From NCBI GenBank assembly GCA_023266115.1, contig JAHFRU010000003.1:65978-129977 (forward strand): a DNA stretch of 64,000 bases, written 5' to 3'. A program made the position numbers and the translations under genes. This DNA is from Gammaproteobacteria bacterium. GTDB taxonomy: Bacteria > Pseudomonadota > Gammaproteobacteria > VBWC01. Position 1 is the stretch's first letter; each line of letters starts with the position of its first letter. The notes beneath the pieces were generated by a model. The model did no database searches. It was not told the DNA's origin and saw only the letters and a list, made by a program, of their open reading frames with translations. Shown one piece after another: positions 56,037-64,000 of this stretch.

Positions 56037-56051
56037 CCGGTCTGCTCGTGT
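56025..56051 (+). promoter_or_regulatory. Candidate ECF promoter 2
   Basis: GGAACC-N16-CGTGT spanning the sigma stop codon, before SD AGGAGG of the anti-sigma gene. Confidence 0.65.
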
Positions 56052-56073
56052 TAACAGGCAGGAGGATGCAACG

Positions 56074-56751
56074 ATGAACTGTGATGCGACAATCCGCGAT
56101 CTGGACGAATTTCTGGACGGTACGCTGCACCGGGAAAGCAGTGCTTCCATTCAGCTACATGCCAACAGCTGCATGGCCTGTCGCGGTCTTCTGGAGCGCG
56201 GGCGGGCGCTGCGCGACGCGCTGCGCGATCTGCCTGTCCCGGCCGTCGATCCGGGATTCATGGAGCGTGCCTTCACGCAGGCCAGGCAGCGGCATCAGCA
56301 AAAAAGAACGCTGGCGCGCCGCTGGACCTATGGCGCTGGCGGCGCGCTGGCGGCGGGGTTGGCGCTGTTCGTGGCGACCACCATTATGTTCCCGGGCCCG
56401 GCCGACAACAGCCGCGACCTGTCGGTGATCACCGTCGCACTGGCAGACCGGGCGGATGTCCGTGTTGTGGTGCACTCGACGGCCGATCTTCAGGACGCGA
56501 CGTTTACGGTGAGCCTGCCGGATAACCTCGAGCTGAAGGGCTTTCCCGGGGCACGCGTGATCCGCTGGGATGGACGTCTCAACAAGGGCAAGAACCTGCT
56601 GGTATTGCCGGTGATTGCGCACGGACCGGTGGCAGGAGAGTTAACGACACTGGTTGAACATGAGCACAGGAGCAAGGCGTTTCGTATGAACGTGACGACT
56701 GATGGCTATATCAAATCCATCAGTACGGAACGTATCAAGGTAATGATGTAG
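56074..56751 (+). CDS. Zinc-finger (ZAS) transmembrane anti-sigma factor
   Basis: HANSCMAC (H-x3-C-x2-C), one TM, periplasmic beta-rich domain. Confidence 0.85.
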   Translation: MNCDATIRDLDEFLDGTLHRESSASIQLHANSCMACRGLLERGRALRDALRDLPVPAVDPGFMERAFTQARQRHQQKRTLARRWTYGAGGALAAGLALFVATTIMFPGPADNSRDLSVITVALADRADVRVVVHSTADLQDATFTVSLPDNLELKGFPGARVIRWDGRLNKGKNLLVLPVIAHGPVAGELTTLVEHEHRSKAFRMNVTTDGYIKSISTERIKVMM

Positions 56752-56770
56752 CGAGCAACAGGAGAAAGCG

Positions 56771-57238
56771 ATGAAGATTTCAAGAGCGATGTGTGTGTTG
56801 GCGACGTCCCTGGCATTTGTTGTCCCGGCGGCAAACGCCGTCGACCGGGATGATCTCGATGTAACCATGGAGGTCATGGATCACGACATGAATGCGGATG
56901 ATTTCATGAACACGATCGAGCTGCCGGAGGCAGCATCGGAACGTGCCCGCGACAGCTCGCAGAGCGGCCTGTCGACCGCCAACGAAGCGCGTGATCGCGA
57001 ACATGGTGGCGATGGTGCACGTGACGGCGACCGCGCTGATAGTCGTGACGACCACGCGTCGGGTGACGTTCGGGACGGCTCCGAAGACCGGTCTGACGAT
57101 ATTCGCAGTGCGTCAGGCGACAGGCGTGATGACTCGGCTGACCATGCCGATGGCGTCCGGGACGAGTCGGCGATCCGGGCGGACGAGATCCGGAGTAATC
57201 TCAAGGACAGCTCCGCTGATGCGCACGCTGACGACTGA
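56771..57238 (+). CDS. Secreted acidic low-complexity protein
   Basis: GGAG SD, signal peptide ending AANA, D/R/S-rich repeats. Confidence 0.75.
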   Translation: MKISRAMCVLATSLAFVVPAANAVDRDDLDVTMEVMDHDMNADDFMNTIELPEAASERARDSSQSGLSTANEARDREHGGDGARDGDRADSRDDHASGDVRDGSEDRSDDIRSASGDRRDDSADHADGVRDESAIRADEIRSNLKDSSADAHADD

Positions 57239-57435
57239 TTCGTGAATGTTGGTTCGTTAGCGACGTATGTCAGAGCACGTCAGCCACGACGCACAAGGCC
57301 TTTCCTCAATCGGGAAGGGCCTTGCCTGTGCCGGCCGCGGCAGTACGCCCGTTCGGAGAATGCGATCTCATAATCACCAGGGAGGAGGGCTATGCAATGC
57401 AGGCAGTCACGATATGTATTGCCCGGCCATAAAGG

Positions 57436-58761
57436 ATGTTTCAGTACACCAGTCGATTGCCACGTGTTTTCCCGGTTTTGTTGTTAGTCTTCGCGATTCA
57501 GCTCCCGCTCTGCGGAGAGGCCGCTCCGAGTAGCCTTGAGCAGGGGGTGTCCGCGCTGCGGGCGGCGGATTATCACGCCGCTGTCCGCTACCTCGAGCAG
57601 GCGCGCGCCGCCGGGATCGATACCGCCGGCCTTCATTACAATCTGGGAGTCGCCTATTACCGGCTGGAGCGCTATCGCGACGCGGAAGCGGCCTTTGCCA
57701 AAGTGGCGCGGACGCCAGAAATGGCGGCACTGGCACACTATAACCTTGGCCTGGTGGCGGCCGCACAACAGGACACGCGCAAGGCCGAACGGCTGTTTGA
57801 TCAGGCGCTGAAGGAATCGGATTCTGCAAAGCTCTCCGCGTTGGCAGCGAGTCAGCTGAAACGGATACGTCGGGAAGATCCGGTCCGCCGTAACGGTTTT
57901 CTGGAATCGTTGAGCGGTATCGTCAGCGGCGAGGTCGGATACGACGACAACGTTACGCTCGATGCCAACGACTTAAGCCTGGCGACAGGAAAAGACGATA
58001 CCTATCTGTCGCTGTTCTTGTACGGCGACGGAGTGATCGCGAAGAACCTCGATAGCACGGTGCGCGCCGACGCCAGTCTCTACTCCGTCCGATACAACGA
58101 CCTCGGCAGCTATAATCAGGATGATCTTGAGGCAGGTATCGGATTCGAGACGGCGAAATCCGGCTGGAATCTGGATGCAGGGGTCCGTCTCGGAGTGACA
58201 TATCTGGACGGCAACAACTTCACTCGCGCGGAAATAATTCGCCTGCAGGGCAGCCGCAAGCTGTCCGAACAACAGACGCTGCGACTTCGCTACGAGGTCA
58301 GAAGAATAGACGATATGGATGCGGCCTACGCCTATCTCGCCGGCTGGCGCCAACAGCTCGGTGCGGACTCCATCTGGAAGGACGGCGGCAAGCGGTTGCG
58401 TGTTGGCTATCGGCTGGAATTAAATGACCGCGAAGACCTGTTGTCGCCGCGTTTCACCAGTTACTCGCCCACCCGCCACAACCTGCGGGCGCAGGGCGTG
58501 CTTCCGGTTTCAGAGAAGCTTGATGCGGTGCTTGAACTTCAGTATCGATACAGTCGATACAACGATGCCAACGCACTGCCGGACGGAAGTTTTGTTACCC
58601 GCGAGGAGCATCGTTATCGCGCCATCGCCAAAGCCGTTTATGCGTTTAACCGCAACACGGATATGGCGTTGGAATATATCTACACGAAGAACGATGCGAA
58701 TCTTGCTGACAAGAATTACACCGATAACCAGTATTCATTGAACATATCGTATCTTTGGTGA
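57436..58761 (+). CDS. TPR + outer-membrane beta-barrel protein (Slam/DUF560-like)
   Basis: YNLGVAYY and YNLGLV TPRs, GYDDNV barrel start, C-terminal YLW. Confidence 0.72.
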   Translation: MFQYTSRLPRVFPVLLLVFAIQLPLCGEAAPSSLEQGVSALRAADYHAAVRYLEQARAAGIDTAGLHYNLGVAYYRLERYRDAEAAFAKVARTPEMAALAHYNLGLVAAAQQDTRKAERLFDQALKESDSAKLSALAASQLKRIRREDPVRRNGFLESLSGIVSGEVGYDDNVTLDANDLSLATGKDDTYLSLFLYGDGVIAKNLDSTVRADASLYSVRYNDLGSYNQDDLEAGIGFETAKSGWNLDAGVRLGVTYLDGNNFTRAEIIRLQGSRKLSEQQTLRLRYEVRRIDDMDAAYAYLAGWRQQLGADSIWKDGGKRLRVGYRLELNDREDLLSPRFTSYSPTRHNLRAQGVLPVSEKLDAVLELQYRYSRYNDANALPDGSFVTREEHRYRAIAKAVYAFNRNTDMALEYIYTKNDANLADKNYTDNQYSLNISYLW

Positions 58762-58854
58762 TGACTGTCCGGCCAGAAACCGCTATCGAGTTCAAATGGC
58801 CCCTTTGTTGATTTTGGCCGTTTCAGCAAGATAATTTTCCGGGCGATCAAATGA

Positions 58855-58883
58855 AAACAGGAAGGAGAGGCTCCTTCCTGTTT
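58855..58883. terminator. Hairpin between convergent genes, probable bidirectional terminator
   Basis: Perfect 13-bp stem AAACAGGAAGGAG/CTCCTTCCTGTTT. Confidence 0.7.
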
Positions 58884-58958
58884 CAAGGGATGGCTTCTTA
58901 ACGGCTTCGATGACACGTGTCGCGGAAATGCGGTCATCGCGCTATCGATGCCGGCTCG

Positions 58959-59253
58959 TTATCGGTGGCGGCCGCGACGATTGCGGTCGTTGGTTGTGCC
59001 ATGATGATCCGGGCCGACATCCGGACCGGTACTCGGGCCTGTGCCCGGACCAACATCCGGGCCGACATCCACACCATTGTTAGCCTTAGGAACGTTCTGA
59101 CCGTTGGCGAAGCTAAACGCGTGGCCAGTGGCGCGTGCCGGGTTCCGTCGCCTGGCCGGGCGCGCCGGCCTGCGAACCGAACGCATTACCGGCATTCGCC
59201 GTACCTACGGCAAACATCGCACAAACGCCCGCTGCAATTAACGACTTCTTCAT
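58959..59253 (-). pseudogene. Small secreted Gly/Pro-repeat protein, apparently frameshifted
   Basis: CAGGAG SD + MKKSLIAAGVCAMFAVGTANA signal peptide; frame stops at 59113, adjacent frame continues with DVGP/GTGP repeats. Confidence 0.45.
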
Positions 59254-60076
59254 TATCATCTCCTGATGTTTCAAAACAGTACCGCCCATCATACGGCCCC
59301 GACCCACTGACGCGGATATCCCCGTCAGAGGAACGGCGCATGTGAGCACCTGACAAGCATAACGGGGCGATCGAGACAGAATTCTTTCACCCTCCCCGTG
59401 GAATCACGGGAACCGACGCGTTAATACACCCGCTAGTGCACCGCGCAAACTCATGATCCGCGCTTGGACAAGCAATAACCACGCCCAATTACAGGTCGGT
59501 TGTCCGGTCAGTGGGTTAGTGGCTAATCGTGTCGACGCAGTGGTTGTTGTGCGCCAAAAGTGTCAAGTCTATCGACGTTTTTAGAGATACCGGTCGCGAG
59601 TATCGGCGGCGTGATTCGGATCGCAGCCGGCTGCGCCTGCTCATAAACGGCGTAGAGAGCGCAGAAATGCAATGAACACCCGGACAAAACGATTGCGGCC
59701 GCTTCAGAACGACAAAAAGGTCGCGATGTTTGCGGCGTTTGGATCGATGGCGATTATCCTGCCGGAGGCATGACGACGTTGTTCGCCATGCCTCCGGCCG
59801 ATCCGGACGGCAATCTTGCCGGACTTGATTTGATGATGTTTCGGTTCATGCCATAGAGATATCTGATATTCGCCTGTCCGTGCATCGTTGCACGATATTT
59901 CACCGACGATTCGCGTAGCGGCGCGACTGGCGTTTTCGAGTTCGCTCCGGAACACCCGCTGTAACCGTTACTCCCCCGAATAAAGCCCTGGTCCAGCGAC
60001 CCGAAACGTTGCAGAATACACCCAGGTCCGGATCACTATTCGCTGAGCCGATTGAACTCGCCGCGCCATCACGGAC

Positions 60077-60943
60077 GTGCTTTTTTTGAGACGCAACACA
60101 CAATCCGATCATCGTTCATTTGCGCTGGTGCTGGCCGGCGGCGGCGTGCGCGGCATGGCCCATGCCGGCGTGTTGCGCGCGCTGGAGTATTACGGCTGGC
60201 ACCCGAGCGCCATTGTCGGCGTATCCATGGGGGCGATCGTCGGTGCCACCTACACGCTGAATCCCCACTGGTACGAGGCGCTGGTAAACATGGACACTGA
60301 TTTTTTTCCGGAATCGACGAACGCCGGAAACGGCGACCTGCGCGAACGTGTGCGCGCGTTGCTGGCCTCCGAGCGCGCATTGCGCGAGATGATACTTGGC
60401 TGGGGCGCTGGCAGCCGCAGTGTTAAACAGGGGCAGGCGCTGCTGTCGGGCCTGACGCTGGGAAAAAATCTCGAAAGCGGCCGTGTTCCGGTTGCTGCGG
60501 TCGCGACCGACCTTTACTCCGGCGAGCGCGTGGTTTTCGAACAAGGCAACGCGGCGGAAGCGGTCTATGCGAGTGCGGCTTTGCCCGGCATATTGCCACC
60601 GCTGGTGCGCGACGGGCATATGCTGGTGGATGGCAGCTTCGTCGACAATGCGCCGATCGATATCGCGCGCGACTACGATGTCGATTTTGTCATTGCGGTC
60701 GATAGCAGCCAGATTAATGTGAACAACGGCGTTCGCAACGGGTTGCAGGCCATGCTCCGCGCGTTCGAGGTCGGTCACCGCGCGTATACCAGGTTACGGT
60801 TCAAACAGGCGGACTACGTGCTGGCGCCGGTGTTTCCGGTGACGATGGATATTCTGAGTTTCCAGCACAAACGACTCTGTATCGCGTCCGGCGTGCGTGC
60901 GGTCAGGTGTCAACACGAACAATTGCAGACGCTATTAACGTAG
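60077..60943 (+). CDS. Patatin-like phospholipase
   Basis: GGGVRG, GVSMG, ASAALPG, VDGS; start uncertain. Confidence 0.9.
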   Translation: MLFLRRNTQSDHRSFALVLAGGGVRGMAHAGVLRALEYYGWHPSAIVGVSMGAIVGATYTLNPHWYEALVNMDTDFFPESTNAGNGDLRERVRALLASERALREMILGWGAGSRSVKQGQALLSGLTLGKNLESGRVPVAAVATDLYSGERVVFEQGNAAEAVYASAALPGILPPLVRDGHMLVDGSFVDNAPIDIARDYDVDFVIAVDSSQINVNNGVRNGLQAMLRAFEVGHRAYTRLRFKQADYVLAPVFPVTMDILSFQHKRLCIASGVRAVRCQHEQLQTLLT

Positions 60944-61251
60944 CGGTTTGTTCATATTTACCCTGATCCTGTTTCTATGGAGAAGCCGTGTATGGACAGG
61001 CGGCGACAACTGGTAGCCGTCGTTCGGCACGTACCGCTGTGGCGGGATTGTCGATTCCGCGGTTGATGAAATCCTGGCGGCCGCTGTGGCGCCGGGAATT
61101 GAGGTCACCAGGATATTCCTGCTCGACCCGGGCAGTCACCCCGCCGATCAGAACCGCAGTACCGGCAGCCGGCTTCTGCGGCTGACAGGTGGCAACGCGC
61201 AACAGTCCGCGTCAGTGGCTGCTTGCCCGGTGGTGATCCGGGTGGGATTAT

Positions 61252-62523
61252 TTACAGCCGCTGCGCCACGCGCTGACCTTCCCGTTCGTCGACAAAATAC
61301 AGGATCACCGCGCCGGCGACGAAAAACGCGATCAGGGACAGGATCGAGTAACGCGGGTTACCCGTGACGAGGCTGACGGAACCCATGACCGCCGGACCGA
61401 GGAAAGTGGCAAACTTTCCGATCATATTGTAAAAGCCGAAGAACTCCGCAGACTTGTCCGTCGGAATCAGGCGCGAATACAACGAGCGACTCAGCGACTG
61501 TACGCCACCCTGTACCAGGCCAATAATTGCTGCGAGTACATAAAATTCCTCTGCGGTGTTCATCTGATAGGCCCAGACGACCACGCCTATGTAGACCGCG
61601 ATACCGGCGAAGATACCCGATTTCGCGCCATAGCGTTCGCCGATGACGCCGAACGCGATGGCGGCGGGAAAGCCAACCAGCTGCGTGATCAGTAAGGCGA
61701 CGATCAGCGTGCCGGAATCAAAGCCGATCGACAGCCCGTAATCGACCGCCATGCTGATAATCGTTCCGACGCCGTCGATATACAGCCAGTATCCCGCGAG
61801 AAACAACGCGACGACCCGCAACGAACGGATATGCCGGAACGTCGCGGCCATCTGGCGCAACCCGCCGGCGATGGCATCGCGGCCCGGCGCGCCCGTGGCG
61901 GCCGGTTCCCGGACAAATACGAACAGCGGTATCGCGAATACCGCCCACCAGACAGCGACCATGAGGAACGACCATCGCACTGCCTCGCCGGCATCGCTCA
62001 GGCCGAAAAACTGCGGCGACTGTGTCATCGCAACGTTGAGCGCGAATAATATTCCGCCGCCGAGATAGCCGAGCGCGTAGCCGAACGCGGAGACAAAATC
62101 CGCTCGCGACGGTCGCGTTACGCACAGGATCAGGGAATCGTAAAAGGTGTTCGCGCCGGAAAAGCCAATGATAGCGATGACAAACAACGCCGCCGCGAAC
62201 GGCCAGTCACCCTGCGCAACGAGAGACAGCGCGCCGGTCATCACGATGCCCATCATCGTAAAAAACAGCAGAAACTTCCGGCGGTTTCCGCCGGTATCGG
62301 CAATGGCGCCGAGCAGCGGACTGGCCGCCGCGACCACGATGCCGGCAACGGAGTTTGCCAGCCCGAGATAGAACGTACTGGTCGTCACGTCAGTGCCGAG
62401 GCTCCAGTACTGTTTGAAAAATATCGGGAAAAACCCGGCCATCACGGTGGTGGCAAACGCCGAGTTCGCGAAGTCGTACATCGACCAGGCGATTACACCA
62501 CTGTTCAGAACTCTGTCGCGCAT
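61252..62523 (-). CDS. MFS transporter (UMF1/Atg22-like)
   Basis: WSMYDFANSAF, GYALGYLGG, QSLSRSLY, EFFGFY. Confidence 0.9.
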   Translation of the reverse strand: MRDRVLNSGVIAWSMYDFANSAFATTVMAGFFPIFFKQYWSLGTDVTTSTFYLGLANSVAGIVVAAASPLLGAIADTGGNRRKFLLFFTMMGIVMTGALSLVAQGDWPFAAALFVIAIIGFSGANTFYDSLILCVTRPSRADFVSAFGYALGYLGGGILFALNVAMTQSPQFFGLSDAGEAVRWSFLMVAVWWAVFAIPLFVFVREPAATGAPGRDAIAGGLRQMAATFRHIRSLRVVALFLAGYWLYIDGVGTIISMAVDYGLSIGFDSGTLIVALLITQLVGFPAAIAFGVIGERYGAKSGIFAGIAVYIGVVVWAYQMNTAEEFYVLAAIIGLVQGGVQSLSRSLYSRLIPTDKSAEFFGFYNMIGKFATFLGPAVMGSVSLVTGNPRYSILSLIAFFVAGAVILYFVDEREGQRVAQRL

Positions 62524-62678
62524 TCAGAAGGGCCGCGACGCCCGCTGGCTTAAAAACGTTGCGTTATAATGATCCACAGTGTTTTGTCGGGTGCGTGTGC
62601 CGTTACCGTTTCGCCTGCATCGCAAGCCACTTTATCTGGCGGCTATTCTACGCGTAAAACCACAGCGAGGTGATTCTC

Positions 62679-63008
62679 ATGGGTCTGGATCAGAATACAT
62701 GCGTGCCGTGTCGCGGTGGAGTCCCGCCGCTGACGGCGGACGAAGCCGGGAAATTGCTGCAACAGACTCCCGGCTGGGAATTGCTCGACAACGTCACCAG
62801 GATTCGCCGCACGTTCCGGTTCGACAAGTTCATGTCGGCGATGGCGTTCGCACGCAAGGTCGGTGAACTGGCCGAGAAAGAAGGTCACCATCCGGATATT
62901 ACGTTTGGTTGGGGATATTGCACTGTGCTGTTCTACACGCACAAGATAAAAGGTCTGCATCAAAACGATTTTGTGATGGCAGCCAAGGTCAATGCGCTGG
63001 CGGGCTGA
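62679..63008 (+). CDS. Pterin-4a-carbinolamine dehydratase
   Basis: CVPC, AEKEGHHPD, THKIKGLHQNDF. Confidence 0.9.
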   Translation: MGLDQNTCVPCRGGVPPLTADEAGKLLQQTPGWELLDNVTRIRRTFRFDKFMSAMAFARKVGELAEKEGHHPDITFGWGYCTVLFYTHKIKGLHQNDFVMAAKVNALAG

Positions 63009-63031
63009 CAGGTCGTTGCCGTATAGCCTGT

Positions 63032-63059
63032 CGGCGGTGGAACGCGCCGCCGTTTTTTT
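63032..63059 (+). terminator. Intrinsic terminator
   Basis: CGGCGGTG..CGCCGCCG followed by T7. Confidence 0.75.
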
Positions 63060-63161
63060 ACGGGCCGGGTTGCACCGCGGGAAAATTGTGGCAGAACACA
63101 GCACCTGCCGGTGTTGTGTGCCGGAGCAGACCAGGGGCGACGCGTTGCAACATCCGGTTAG

Positions 63162-63386
63162 GGAACCTCTGATGTGTCGTCATTCCGGGCGGAGCGTAGC
63201 GGACGAGCCCATGGATGGGCGAGGTAGACCACGTCCGGAACCAGTGGTCGAGACCCGAAATCCAGCGCTTTCGAAACAGTGTGTTGCTGGATTCCTCGGC
63301 GGCTGTTCCCGACGCCGCCCTACCTCCTGCATCCATGCAGTCGCGCTTTCGCGGGAATGACGAATAGGTGATTAATCAGAGGTTCC
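63162..63386. mobile_element. IS5-like MITE with nested repeats
   Basis: Perfect 12-bp TIRs GGAACCTCTGAT/ATCAGAGGTTCC flanked by TTAG on both sides; no transposase. Confidence 0.78.
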
Positions 63387-63450
63387 TTAGTAGCTTTGCC
63401 GGTGTTGTTATATAATCCCGTTCCGCATCAAACAGACCAGGACAGCAATC

Positions 63451-64000
63451 ATGATACCGCGCAGTTATATCTACCGGTTGTTCGGTGCGTCACCGGTCAG
63501 GCCGTTGCAAAAGCATATGGCCAAGGTGTTTGCCTGCGTATCCGAACTGGCGCCGCTTTTTGAAAGCGTGTTTGCCCGTGATTTCGACAAGGTCGCGCAA
63601 TGTCAGCAAAACATCTTGACGATGGAGCACGAAGCGGATGCCATGAAAAAGGCGTTGCGCCAGAAACTGCCGACAGGATTATTTCTGCCGGTATCCCGGC
63701 GTGACCTGCTCGAGGTGCTGACGATGCAGGATCGTATCGCGAATACCGCAAAGGATATCGCCGGGCTGATACTGGGCCGGAAGATGATGATACCGGCCAT
63801 CATGGAAGAGCGCTTCATGGCATTCGTCAGGCGCAATATTGATGCGACCGCGCAGGCGCAGAAGGCGATCGACGAATTCGATGAGCTGATCGAAACCGGT
63901 TTTCGCGGCGGCGAGGTAGCGCTGGTCGAGGGGATGATCCGGACGCTGGATGAGATCGAATCCGAGACCGACGCGCTGCAGGTCGAGGTTCGCCACATCC
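63451..64000 (+). CDS. TIGR00153/DUF47 phosphate-transport regulator (truncated by window end)
   Basis: Own translation: MIPRSYIYRLFGASPVRPLQKHM..EHEADAMK..LFLPVSRRDLL..QDRIANTAKDIAG; absent from ORF track because no stop. Confidence 0.88.
   Translation, partial: MIPRSYIYRLFGASPVRPLQKHMAKVFACVSELAPLFESVFARDFDKVAQCQQNILTMEHEADAMKKALRQKLPTGLFLPVSRRDLLEVLTMQDRIANTAKDIAGLILGRKMMIPAIMEERFMAFVRRNIDATAQAQKAIDEFDELIETGFRGGEVALVEGMIRTLDEIESETDALQVEVRHI

Noticed and set aside
59270..60076. Gene or third ECF promoter (GGAACC at 59409) in this gap
   Set aside because: The -10 position reads CGCTA, not CGTGT; ORFs lack SD or recognisable motifs; left unexplained.

Overview
GC-rich gammaproteobacterial chromosome segment, mostly core genes: prk (partial), glycine cleavage operon gcvT-H-PA-PB under a tandem glycine riboswitch, ygfB-pepP-ubiH-ubiI / zapA-6S RNA-fau, ilvA/rpiA, a CysB-linked sulfite reductase module, topA-smg-dprA-LysM / def-fmt-rsmB-DUF4390-ntrYX-trkAH, and metH. 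No tRNA, rRNA, CRISPR array, prophage or intact transposase was seen. The main points of interest are accessory: (1) a DUF2946-like leader peptide (signal peptide, H/H/CxxC, C-terminal RAPP) whose last codons can pair with the ribosome-binding site of a downstream outer-membrane barrel + metal-binding protein + permease operon lacking an ATPase; (2) an AT-richer stand-alone HEPN-motif gene bracketed by inward-facing 35-bp GTAG-type REP repeats; (3) a family of ~48-54 bp CGA...CGA mini-elements nested in other repeats and inserted in frame in metH; (4) an ECF sigma/anti-sigma/acidic secreted protein/TPR-barrel cluster with a duplicated candidate promoter; plus an IS5-type MITE, an internally deleted Na+/H+ antiporter pseudogene and a 65-aa histone H1-like gene. 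All family calls are by visual motif recognition; no searches were run.
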